Part shown: piece after piece, positions 27,334 through 36,253 of the stretch
Layout of the letters: each line of letters opens with the position of its first letter
How positions within the stretch are numbered: the first letter of the stretch is position 1
Source of the DNA: an uncultured Bacillales bacterium
Lineage (GTDB): Bacteria; Bacillota_I; Bacilli_A; RFN20; CAG-826
Direction: 5' to 3'
Assembly (NCBI GenBank): GCA_905197045.1
Contig: CAJJXG010000006.1
Location: 9,555 to 73,554 of the forward strand
Length of the DNA stretch: 64,000 nt
Notes under the pieces: generated by a model
What the model was told of the DNA's origin: nothing
What the model saw: only the letters and a program-made list of their open reading frames with translations
The model's database searches: none
Program-made: the position numbers and the translations under genes

Positions 27334-28731
27334 TCATTCGTTTTTAGGTTTTAATTGCTCTTCGACTTCTTTAGCTCTTTTATTAATTACTCTAGGGAAA
27401 GTAATAAAAATTACTATACCAGTGATTACTCCTGCAACTAAATCAGCAATTCCTTCTGACATATATACGCCTTGAAAGCCAACGGTATAGGTCAATAAAA
27501 AGCATAAAGGAATTAAAATAATAACCTTTCTTAAGGTCGCTAAAAAGACAGCGGTTTTTCCTTGCCCTAAAGCTACATTTATATTCTGTAAAGTCATTTG
27601 AATAGCAAACATAATTGTTCCCATTAAAAATAGAGGTGTATAAGCTTTAATTAAACTCATAACTTCTTCATCTGCACTAAAAACATAGCCATAAATTTGT
27701 GGAGCCGACATTGAGATAGTGTAAATTATTACATCAAAGACTAAGCCAATAATAAAAGTATAAATAATTCCTTTCTTTAATCTTTTAGCATCTCCTCTTC
27801 CATAGTTATAACTTACAAAAGGGGCTATTCCATAACCAAGTCCATTTAAAGGTAAAGATATTAATTGTAATGCACTAAGCATAATAGTTAATGCTGCCGT
27901 ATAAGCGCTACTTGTTCCTCCAGTTGCAATTTTAAGACAAACATTAAAAACAATTTGTATAATGCTTTCTGTTAAAGTCATGATAAAAGGTGATAAACCT
28001 AAAAACAAAATTGACCCAATTATTAAAAAATCAAATTTCATTTCTTTAAGCTTAAAAGTAAAAGTTGATCCTTTCATAAAGAAAAGAATTATAATCCAAA
28101 CAAAGGAAGCAAATTGAGAAAGAATGGTAGCAAGCGCCGCTCCTTCTACTCCCATATTAAAGGTAAAAATAAATAAAGGGTCGAGCGCTACATTTAATAT
28201 AGCGCCTAAAAGTGTTGTTCCCATCGCCAAAATTGAATGACCTTGAGCACTAATAAATGGATTTAATCCTTGAACCAATATTATAAAAACACTACCTAAA
28301 GCATAAATTTTTAAATAATTAGTAGCATAAACTATCGAATTATCTGGACAGCCAAATAAAACAATAATTGGTTCAGCAAAGAAAAATAAAATTAAAGTTA
28401 AAATAATCCCAATAATTACTAGTAAAAGAGTCGAAATATTAAAAATACGATTAGCTTTTTCTTTATTATTTTCTCCTAAAGCCATGCTGGCTTTTGGAGA
28501 AGCACCTAGTCCAATTAAATTAGCAAAGGCTTGAACAATTATGGTAATTGGTAAAACTATACCTAAAGCCGCTAATGCTTCAGTTTTAATATCTTGAATA
28601 TTAGAAACATACATTCTATCAACAAGGTTATAAAGAAATGTAATAAGTTGAGCTATAACTGCTGGAATAGTTAATTTAAAAACTAAAGGTAATATCTTTC
28701 CACTTCCAAATTCACTTGTAATATCTTTCAT
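27334..28731 (-). CDS. MATE family efflux transporter
   Basis: 465 aa with 12 TM helices. The N-terminus (ILPLVFKLTIPAVIAQLITFLYNLVDRMYVS) is typical of MATE/NorM-like proteins. Confidence 0.9.
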   Translation of the reverse strand: MKDITSEFGSGKILPLVFKLTIPAVIAQLITFLYNLVDRMYVSNIQDIKTEALAALGIVLPITIIVQAFANLIGLGASPKASMALGENNKEKANRIFNISTLLLVIIGIILTLILFFFAEPIIVLFGCPDNSIVYATNYLKIYALGSVFIILVQGLNPFISAQGHSILAMGTTLLGAILNVALDPLFIFTFNMGVEGAALATILSQFASFVWIIILFFMKGSTFTFKLKEMKFDFLIIGSILFLGLSPFIMTLTESIIQIVFNVCLKIATGGTSSAYTAALTIMLSALQLISLPLNGLGYGIAPFVSYNYGRGDAKRLKKGIIYTFIIGLVFDVIIYTISMSAPQIYGYVFSADEEVMSLIKAYTPLFLMGTIMFAIQMTLQNINVALGQGKTAVFLATLRKVIILIPLCFLLTYTVGFQGVYMSEGIADLVAGVITGIVIFITFPRVINKRAKEVEEQLKPKNE

Positions 28732-28821
28732 ATTTTTCCCTTCAAACCTTAGAGATTATAAATGATTTATAATGCCTAAACAAGATTATCGACTATTATC
28801 AATTGGGTTAGATAGAAAAGA

Positions 28822-28837
28822 TATTATCGCGATAATA
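28822..28837. promoter_or_regulatory. perfect 16-bp palindrome upstream of the MATE gene (candidate operator)
   Basis: TATTATCGCGATAATA lies ~90 bp upstream of the MATE start. A related half-site pair ATTATCGACTATTATC lies at ~28785-28800. Confidence 0.4.
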
Positions 28838-29095
28838 GTGTGCCTCTAGCTAAAAGGAAATTACTAAATTTTAAATTGATTCAATTGTATTCTTTTATGA
28901 CGCTTATACTTTTATCAAACTTAATTACTTGTGCTTTAAAATTTGTATCTCTTCAAATAAATAAGAATAAATTAAGTTAGGTAATAGGTTTCTTAATAAG
29001 CTGCTTAACTCTTTTATATTAAATAAAACTATTTTCAAAATAGCGCTCTTGTTATATAATTTAATTCGCTTTCAGGAAGAAATGAAAGAAAAAAA

Positions 29096-29172
29096 CTCCT
29101 AGTAGCTCAACTGGATAGAGTGTTTGGCTACGAACCAAGAGGTTGCGGGTTCGACTCCTGCCTAGGAGGCCA
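29096..29172 (+). tRNA. tRNA-Arg (anticodon ACG), CCA encoded
   Basis: Hand-folded cloverleaf. Acceptor CTCCTAG/CTAGGAG; D-arm GCTC..GAGT; anticodon stem TTTGG/CCAAG with loop CTACGAA (ACG); T-arm GCGGG TTCGACT CCTGC; discriminator G, then CCA. Confidence 0.9.
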
Positions 29173-29185
29173 CTTTTAAAAAATA

Positions 29186-29220
29186 AAGCTTAGCATGAAT
29201 AAACGTGTTAAGCTTTTTTT
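29186..29220 (+). terminator. rho-independent terminator after the tRNA
   Basis: 10-bp stem AAGCTTAGCA / TGTTAAGCTT (one G-U pair) with a 10-nt loop. The downstream run of T bases extends to ~29220. Confidence 0.6.
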
Positions 29221-29388
29221 CTGCACTTTATTAAGCTTTATTTGAAATTTTCGTCTGAGTTTTGCAGGGATTTTAATAAATTTTGCATATAAAACTCTAA
29301 TTCATTTTCTGTTTTGATATTCAAAAAGTCAATAAAAAATAACTTGTGTGCTTCAATAAGTATTAAAATATTTTTGAGGTAAATCGAG

Positions 29389-29589
29389 ATGAAAAAACTT
29401 TATTACTTTATTGCTTTAATTGTTATTTTAATTATCAATTTTATTTTGTTTTTCTTTATAGAAAACGTTGCTTATATTATCGCCATTGAACTACCTATAT
29501 TTACGGCATGTATCATCTTTGAAATAATTAATGTGCAAAATAAGTTAAAGAATAATGATGACGATAAAAATAACGAAAATCTAGATTAA
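29389..29589 (+). CDS. small membrane protein (2 TM, acidic tail), unknown function
   Basis: 66-aa ORF. SD GAGG lies ~9 nt upstream of the ATG. It has two hydrophobic helices. Confidence 0.4.
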   Translation: MKKLYYFIALIVILIINFILFFFIENVAYIIAIELPIFTACIIFEIINVQNKLKNNDDDKNNENLD

Positions 29590-29698
29590 ACAGCAAAATA
29601 TTTGAGATTTGCAATGTTTTTAAATAATTTATATCTTTTTCTTAAAAATTTTAGATTTTAAATCGAATATTTATATCAAAAATTAATATGGTGTAGTC

Positions 29699-30589
29699 TT
29701 AGACACTAGTTAAGAAATATTTAAAACGTCCCTTAAAAAATAGCTTCTTGGAAGGCAAGATTAAATAACTTTTATATTTACTTACGTTTAATTCATCAAT
29801 TTTACCTTCACCATCTATAACCGTAATTATTGAAGCTTTAGAAATTTCAACTTCTTTTTCTTCATTTACTACATCACCTTTAACAACAAAATATTCAGTT
29901 TTAATCTCCTTCTCTTCTTTTAAATTTTTGACTTCTAATCGAGAAAAATTTAAAACATCCATTGCTTTATTAACATGCAGTTCTCTTTTATTTCCACTAT
30001 TATCGACTCTATTAAAATCATAAACTCTATAAGTCAATTTACTGCTTTCTTGAATCTCTAACAAAGTGATTCCTTTTCCTATTGCATGAATTGTACCTGG
30101 TTTTATTAAATATACATCACCTGGTTTAACATAAATTTTATTTAAACACTTTAAAATCGAATCATCTTTTATTAGCTCTGGAAAATTGCTTTTTGAAACA
30201 TCTTTATTAAAGCCAAGATTAATATACGAGTTCTCTTCAGCTTCTAAAATGATCCACATTTCAGTTTTACCAAGCGAATTTTCATATTTTAAAGCATATT
30301 CATCACTAGGATGAACTTGAATTGAAAGAGATTGACTTGAATCAATAAGTTTAACTAAAAGATTTTTAAGTTTTGGATTAATATATTTTTTTATTTCTTC
30401 TTTTTCTATAAATTCACTTATTGTTATTTCTTGATTGTCATATATTAACTTTGTCTCATCACCTTTTAAAAAAGAAAGTTCCCAGCTCTCAGATATTTTC
30501 CCTAGCTCGGTCTTTTTATATTTTTTAAGATTCTCTCCAGCCCAAACATATTCTTTTAATGGCGGAATTAATTCATATATCTTTTTCAT
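29699..30589 (-). CDS. manA: mannose-6-phosphate isomerase, class I (Firmicutes short type)
   Basis: 296 aa. Motifs: LLVKLIDSSQSLSIQVHPSDEYA, GKTEMWIIL, GTIHAIG, YRVYDFNR. 4-nt overlap (ATGA) with pgm. Confidence 0.85.
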   Translation of the reverse strand: MKKIYELIPPLKEYVWAGENLKKYKKTELGKISESWELSFLKGDETKLIYDNQEITISEFIEKEEIKKYINPKLKNLLVKLIDSSQSLSIQVHPSDEYALKYENSLGKTEMWIILEAEENSYINLGFNKDVSKSNFPELIKDDSILKCLNKIYVKPGDVYLIKPGTIHAIGKGITLLEIQESSKLTYRVYDFNRVDNSGNKRELHVNKAMDVLNFSRLEVKNLKEEKEIKTEYFVVKGDVVNEEKEVEISKASIITVIDGEGKIDELNVSKYKSYLILPSKKLFFKGRFKYFLTSV

Positions 30590-32295
30590 AACTCATCAAC
30601 CACTTTCTTGAAGAGCTTTGAATATCTTTTTAATTTTTCACTACATTTTTCTTCATCTTTATCATTAACTTCGATGTAACACTTTATTTTTGGTTCAGTT
30701 CCACTAGGTCTTATCATAAAACGTGTCTCATCTTCGAACTTAAAAATAAGAACATTACTTTTAGGTAATAAAATCTCGGTTGTGCTTTCTTTATAAAAAC
30801 ACTTTGATATTAAATAATCTTCTTTAGACAAAACATTTTCAGAAAATAATTCAGAAAGTTTTTCAAAAGACATTTCTCTTAAATTTTGAACAATTTTATC
30901 AATGCGTATTAAGCCACTTTCACCATCTAATTCTTCAGTAAGTAAAATTGTTTTGTTGTAGCCAAATTTAGTATATATATTTTTTAATTCATCAATTAAA
31001 GAATGTCCATTACGACGATAATATTCGCTCATTTCAGCAATAAACAAAGAAGCATTAACTGCGTCTTTATCGCGAACTTCTTTATTAGTTAAATATCCAT
31101 AACTTTCTTCAAAACCAAAAAGATAATTATCTAATTTATTATTTCTTTCTAGGCGATTCATTTCTTCGCCAATATATTTAAAGCCAGTTAAAACTTCTTT
31201 TACTTTGATATTATTTGCTTTAGCTAATTTATCAACAAAGGAAGTTGAAACTATGCTTCTTACGATTTCTTTATCGCTTAAATTGCCTTTAACTTTAATT
31301 AAATAATAAAGCATTAATATTGCTACTTCATTTCCATTTAAAAGAATAAAGTCATCATTATAACGCACTCCAACCCCACATCTATCACAATCAGGATCAG
31401 TAGCGATTAAAAGATCGCTATTAGAAGATTTAGCAAGTTTTATGCCAAGTTCCATTGCTTCTTTTAGTTCAGGATTTGGTTTAGGACAGGTTGGAAAATT
31501 TCCATCAGGACTTGCTTGCTCTTTAACAACTAGTAAATTTTTAAAACCACACTCTTTTAAAACTTGTGGTACTAATTTATAACCTGCTCCGTTTAAAGGA
31601 GTATAGACAATTTTGATTCTTTTTTCTGAAAAAGTCTCTAAAAGTGAGGTTTTTTTCGTCGATTTAATAAAATCTTCAATAAGAGTTTCTTCTATTTCGT
31701 TAATGAGAAAAGAGCTGTCTTTGCTTAAAGATGTAAATTTTAAATATTCATCAAGAGGGTCAATTTCACTAACTTTAGCAATAATTGCATTTGCTTCTTC
31801 TAAAGTAATTTGATTCCCTCCATCATTATAAACTTTATAGCCATTGTATTCTTTTGGGTTATGGCTTGCCGTTAAAATTACTCCTGCACTAGCTTTTAAA
31901 TAACGAATTGAAAAACTAACAACAGGAGTTGGTATAAGTTCATTAAATATAAAAACTTTAATTCCTAAATTAGCAAAAACGTTTGCACTAATATAAGCAT
32001 ATTCTCTTGAATGATTTCTAGAATCATAGCCAATTACAACGCTTGGTTTATTGAATTTAGTTTTTAAATATAAACCAACTCCTCTTGTTGCTTTATAAAT
32101 TGTAAATTGATTTATACGATTAGTTCCTAAACCCATCTTTCCTCTTAGTCCACCAGTGCCAAAGGAAAGATCTTTATAAAATGAATCGTTGATGTTATCT
32201 TCATTCATTTTTAAAAGTTCTTGATAGTCTGTTTTAGAGATATCATTAAGTTTATTTTTCCAAACATTAAAGTTATTTAAAGCATTAATATTCAT
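30586..32295 (-). CDS. pgcA: phosphoglucomutase/phosphomannomutase (PgcA-type alpha-D-phosphohexomutase)
   Basis: The track ORF begins at a TTG (32310). The ATG at 32295 (MNINALNNF...) is the likelier start. Active-site loop TASHNPKEYNGYKVY, metal loop ATDPDCDRCG, sugar loop GFEESYG, phosphate loop RPSGTEPKIK. Confidence 0.9.
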   Translation of the reverse strand: MNINALNNFNVWKNKLNDISKTDYQELLKMNEDNINDSFYKDLSFGTGGLRGKMGLGTNRINQFTIYKATRGVGLYLKTKFNKPSVVIGYDSRNHSREYAYISANVFANLGIKVFIFNELIPTPVVSFSIRYLKASAGVILTASHNPKEYNGYKVYNDGGNQITLEEANAIIAKVSEIDPLDEYLKFTSLSKDSSFLINEIEETLIEDFIKSTKKTSLLETFSEKRIKIVYTPLNGAGYKLVPQVLKECGFKNLLVVKEQASPDGNFPTCPKPNPELKEAMELGIKLAKSSNSDLLIATDPDCDRCGVGVRYNDDFILLNGNEVAILMLYYLIKVKGNLSDKEIVRSIVSTSFVDKLAKANNIKVKEVLTGFKYIGEEMNRLERNNKLDNYLFGFEESYGYLTNKEVRDKDAVNASLFIAEMSEYYRRNGHSLIDELKNIYTKFGYNKTILLTEELDGESGLIRIDKIVQNLREMSFEKLSELFSENVLSKEDYLISKCFYKESTTEILLPKSNVLIFKFEDETRFMIRPSGTEPKIKCYIEVNDKDEEKCSEKLKRYSKLFKKVVDEL

Positions 32296-32321
32296 GTAAA
32301 AACCCCGCAAAAATCAATAAT

Positions 32322-32353
32322 TTTTATAAAAGGGGCGTGTTTTAACGCCCCTT
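32322..32353 (-). terminator. rho-independent terminator after the ABC importer operon
   Basis: Stem GGGGCGT / ACGCCCC (~32332-32338 / 32345-32351) with a 6-nt loop. The minus strand continues TTTTAT. It lies 9 nt after the ATPase stop. Confidence 0.7.
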
Positions 32354-32361
32354 AAAGAATT

Positions 32362-34365
32362 TTATTCTAATCCGCCTTGAGCGATTAATTTGCCACTCTT
32401 TCTATCAAAAAGTAAAATTTCTTTTCCGACAAAATCAAAGCGACAAATACTTCCGACTTTATAATCGACTCCGCCAAATATAACACTTGTTAATAAGAAT
32501 TCACCAACTCTAATTTTAACAATTGTTTCCATACCTGAAGGAAGTGCACTATAAATTTCACCTTCCACTTTTCCTTCATCAGATAAACGAATAAATTCAG
32601 GTCTAATGCCAATAATATATTCATTATCTTTGATTTCTTTTTCCTCATCTGAACTCATTGTTTCAGTGACTTTTTGGATAGCGAAAACAAAATCTTTGTC
32701 TTTATTTCCTTTTTCGACGAATTTCTTATTGTCTTTGAGTTTAGCTTTTTCTTCTTCCTCTTTCTTAAATTCTTCGTCTCTTTCTTTTCTTAATTCTTCA
32801 AGATTAACATCACTTAAAGGATTAAATTCAAAATGTAGGTTATTTAAGAAGGAAAGTTTAATACGTTTATCAGCTCCTTGTTCTACAAAGCATTCAACAA
32901 AGTTAATAGCAGGAGAGCCAACAAAGTCAGCAACGAAGATATTCTTAGGTTTTTTATAAACATCAAGAGGTGCATCGTATTGTTGTAAAACGCCATTATT
33001 AATAAGACAAATCTTTGTAGCAAGAGTCATAGCTTCAAGTTGATCATGAGTAACGTAAATGAAAGTTGATCCTGTTTCAAGATGCAAACGTTTAAGTTCA
33101 CTTCTCATTTCAAGACGTAACTTAGCATCAAGATTAGAGAGTGGTTCATCCATAAATAATACTTTTGGTCCTGGAGCAAGGGTACGAGCAATTGCAACTC
33201 TTTGTTGTTGTCCACCACTTAATTCACTAGGATAACGATCCATGAATTCGCCAATTTTAACAACACGGGAAACATGTCTTACTTTAAGATCAATTTCTTC
33301 TTTTGATAAGCCTCTTAATTTAATTAAGTGAACTTTTTTACCATCCCATGATTTATTTTCATAATCAATAGTTGGAATTTTTTCGCCTTTTTCATTAAGA
33401 TGGAAACCATTATTTAAATAATAACTTTTAACTCTTTCAATTTCGTTACTATAAAATTTAAGTTCTCTTTGTACTTCTTCTTCTTTTTCCTCATCATTTT
33501 TTGAAACAATAGAAGTTGCAAAGTCTAATAACGTTTTTGCTGTTTTATATGAGACATTTGTTTTTCTCATAATATATTTAACAGGCTTTACATTTTCTTC
33601 TTTTGCTTTATCAAGATAAGTTAATAGAGTCTTATAATCTTTAATAATATCGTAAATTAATTTAACTGATATATAATCTTCAGCCAGTTCAGAATCAGCT
33701 AAAACATAACCATCTAAATTAAGATCAATACCTTTTTCTTCACATTTTTTAACAATATTATCAATTTTTTCATTAGTTTCTTTAATCTTGTTTTCACAAA
33801 TTTTTTTAACTTCTTCTGGAGTTTTTTCCTCAAGATTTAAGTCAAAGATTTTCTTTGCAGAAAACATTGAAACCTTGAAATTATCAATAATTGCAATTAA
33901 AGCTCTTCTCTTATCGACTTTGCCTTTTTTATCGATATTTTCTTTAATAATTTCAACAACTTTAGAAGCGTTATTAAATAAGATTAAATCATTTTTATAT
34001 TGAGTATAATCACTATCAATTACAGGCATATACTCTTTTAAATTTTGAAGACCAAATTCAATATTTTTTTGTACGGTCATATGTGGCCAAAGAGCATAGT
34101 TTTGGAACAAGAACCCAACATGTCTTTTGCTAGCTGGAATATTAATTCCAAGTTCGCTATCAAAAACGGGTACACCATTGATATAAATTTTTCCACTTGT
34201 TGGAGTTTCAAGACCAGCAATCATTCTTAATGTAGTTGTTTTACCACATCCAGAAGGACCAAGAAGTGTAATAAAAGAATAATCATCAATATGGAGATTT
34301 AAATTATCTACAGCATAGAAATCTCCCCATCTTTTTGTAACATTTACTAAATCTATTGTAGGCAT
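32362..34365 (-). CDS. ABC transporter ATP-binding protein (MalK/UgpC/PotA-like) with a ~240-aa insertion inside the NBD
   Basis: 667 aa. Walker A GPSGCGKTT and Q-loop FLFQNYALWPHMTV lie in residues 1-~108. The signature LSGGQQQRVA, Walker B LFMDEPLSNLD and YVTHDQ only resume after residue ~350. The C-terminal TOBE-like domain also carries a K/E-rich insert. Confidence 0.9.
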   Translation of the reverse strand: MPTIDLVNVTKRWGDFYAVDNLNLHIDDYSFITLLGPSGCGKTTTLRMIAGLETPTSGKIYINGVPVFDSELGINIPASKRHVGFLFQNYALWPHMTVQKNIEFGLQNLKEYMPVIDSDYTQYKNDLILFNNASKVVEIIKENIDKKGKVDKRRALIAIIDNFKVSMFSAKKIFDLNLEEKTPEEVKKICENKIKETNEKIDNIVKKCEEKGIDLNLDGYVLADSELAEDYISVKLIYDIIKDYKTLLTYLDKAKEENVKPVKYIMRKTNVSYKTAKTLLDFATSIVSKNDEEKEEEVQRELKFYSNEIERVKSYYLNNGFHLNEKGEKIPTIDYENKSWDGKKVHLIKLRGLSKEEIDLKVRHVSRVVKIGEFMDRYPSELSGGQQQRVAIARTLAPGPKVLFMDEPLSNLDAKLRLEMRSELKRLHLETGSTFIYVTHDQLEAMTLATKICLINNGVLQQYDAPLDVYKKPKNIFVADFVGSPAINFVECFVEQGADKRIKLSFLNNLHFEFNPLSDVNLEELRKERDEEFKKEEEEKAKLKDNKKFVEKGNKDKDFVFAIQKVTETMSSDEEKEIKDNEYIIGIRPEFIRLSDEGKVEGEIYSALPSGMETIVKIRVGEFLLTSVIFGGVDYKVGSICRFDFVGKEILLFDRKSGKLIAQGGLE

Positions 34366-34369
34366 TTAA

Positions 34370-36196
34370 TTAACCTCCTATACCTTTATCTAAGCTAGCA
34401 CCAGTAATCTTGTTGATTAACCAGTTAAAGATCAAAATAACAACAACAAGAATTAAGTTAGCTGCATTTTCAAGTGCTGGTAAACCAGTTTCTTCAAGTT
34501 GGAACATAAGTGTTGTAAGAAGCATTCCAGTTGGAGCTATAAGAACAAATAGTGAAAGTTCTCTCATACAACTAATAAATGGTAATAAGTAGCCACTTAA
34601 GAAACTTGATTTTTGAATTGGGAAGACAATTCGAACCATTCTCTTCCACCATGGAATGTTTTGAATCATTGCTGCTTCTTCAATTTCATTACTAAGTTGA
34701 AGCATTGCATTTAAACTACTTCTACTTGCAAATGGTATATATTTAACAACACCAACAATTGCACAAAGTAAGAAAGGAGTTGCATATAACCACTTGATAT
34801 TTAAACCAACCATAAAGAAGATTGCAGAAAGAGAAATTGAAGGCAATAAATAAGGTAAGAAAGCTAAACTATTAACACCTTGAGCAAGTGTACTCTTTCT
34901 CTTTTTACTAACTGCATAACCAATAAGTAAACCAAATGTTCCAGCAAATAGTGAGCAAACAAGAGACAAAGCAATTGATCCACCAAGTGCAGACCAAATT
35001 TCTGGAGAGTAGAATACACCTTTATATCCATTTCTTAATACTTCTTGAGAAGTCCACCATTTAGTTGTAAAGCCAATTGAGTAATCACCCGAATTTGGTA
35101 ATAATGATTCAAAAATAAACGAAACCATTGGACCAATGCAGAAGAATAAAACGATAATTGCTAAAATAACTGCTACGACCCATTTTCCAACTTTTCCAAG
35201 ATTATTCTTACTGACTTGACCACTCTTTCCACTAACCGTTGTATATTGTTTACGGCTTCCAGTAGTTGCATTATTAAGTAAAAGAATAACAACACCAATT
35301 GCAATTAAAACAAGAGAAATAATAGCTCCCATTCCAGCTTCACCAGAATATCGTCCACCTTGTAGCATGACATTAAGTTGAGTAGCTAAAACTTGATAAT
35401 TAATTGGCTTACCTAAAGTCGTTGCAACAGGATAAGAGCTCATTGCGCTTGAAAAAACAAGCAAAATCGTACTTAAAATTGCAGGTTTTAAAATTGGAAC
35501 TGTAATATGAGTGAATATTTTATGACGTGGAATATTTAAAATTGTTGCTGCTTCTTCTAAGTTAGCATCCATATTTCTTAAAATTCCACCAATTAAAATA
35601 TAAGCAAATGGTGCATAGTGTAATCCTAAAACAAGTGAAATAGGAAATGCACCATAAACTAACCATTCAGGTGAAGCAAACCCAGTTAAGGCTTGCAATT
35701 CGCCAACATATCCACCAGCACAATTTGTTGAAATGAAAAAGTTTTTCCAGAAAAGTGCTAATGTCCATTGAGGCATGATGTAAGGAAAAATAAAAACACT
35801 AGAAACAAACTTTTTAAAAGGCATATTAGTTCTAGTTACTAAATATGCAACCGCTCCACCAAAAAGAATGGCAAAAATACAAGATAAAACAGAAACAAGA
35901 AGTGAATTCCCAAGTGGTTCCCAGAAATAACTTATGCTGTTTTTCCCAGCAAATACCTCTTGCCAATGCGCAAAGGTAAAACTACCTGCAGCAAGTCCAA
36001 GAGATGGAGCTTCCATGACATGTACTGTAAATGAATCGATTACAACATATATCAATGGGACAAAGGTTAAAATTAAAAGCAAAACACCAAAAATAACTAA
36101 AATGGAATTAGCAGGTAAACCAAAAAAGCTTAAGCCTCTATTCATTGCTTTTTTTGCTTTTAATTTCATGGAATCTAAATTAAACGTATTTTCCAT
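34370..36196 (-). CDS. ABC transporter permease, fused double BPD_transp_1 (FbpB/AfuB/ThiP-type)
   Basis: 608 aa with ~12 TM helices. Two EAA-like loops: LEEAATILNIPRHKIFTHITVP and IEEAAMIQNIPWWKRMVRIVFP. Confidence 0.9.
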   Translation of the reverse strand: MENTFNLDSMKLKAKKAMNRGLSFFGLPANSILVIFGVLLLILTFVPLIYVVIDSFTVHVMEAPSLGLAAGSFTFAHWQEVFAGKNSISYFWEPLGNSLLVSVLSCIFAILFGGAVAYLVTRTNMPFKKFVSSVFIFPYIMPQWTLALFWKNFFISTNCAGGYVGELQALTGFASPEWLVYGAFPISLVLGLHYAPFAYILIGGILRNMDANLEEAATILNIPRHKIFTHITVPILKPAILSTILLVFSSAMSSYPVATTLGKPINYQVLATQLNVMLQGGRYSGEAGMGAIISLVLIAIGVVILLLNNATTGSRKQYTTVSGKSGQVSKNNLGKVGKWVVAVILAIIVLFFCIGPMVSFIFESLLPNSGDYSIGFTTKWWTSQEVLRNGYKGVFYSPEIWSALGGSIALSLVCSLFAGTFGLLIGYAVSKKRKSTLAQGVNSLAFLPYLLPSISLSAIFFMVGLNIKWLYATPFLLCAIVGVVKYIPFASRSSLNAMLQLSNEIEEAAMIQNIPWWKRMVRIVFPIQKSSFLSGYLLPFISCMRELSLFVLIAPTGMLLTTLMFQLEETGLPALENAANLILVVVILIFNWLINKITGASLDKGIGG

Positions 36197-36211
36197 AAGT
36201 TAACTCCAATA

Positions 36212-36248
36212 ATATAAAACTTTGCGGGTAAATTTTTTACCCGCAAAG
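36212..36248 (-). terminator. intra-operon hairpin/attenuator after the binding-protein gene
   Basis: 13-bp perfect stem CTTTGCGGGTAAA / TTTACCCGCAAAG (~36220-36232 / 36236-36248) with a 3-nt loop. The minus strand continues TTTTAT. It lies between the SBP and permease genes. Confidence 0.65.
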
Positions 36249-36253
36249 TACGT

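Noticed and set aside
29096-29172. tRNA-Arg as the integration site of a genomic island, given the accessory patch a few kb away.
   Set aside because: I found no integrase and no direct repeat of the tRNA 3' end in the flanks. An ordinary MATE gene separates the tRNA from the accessory patch.
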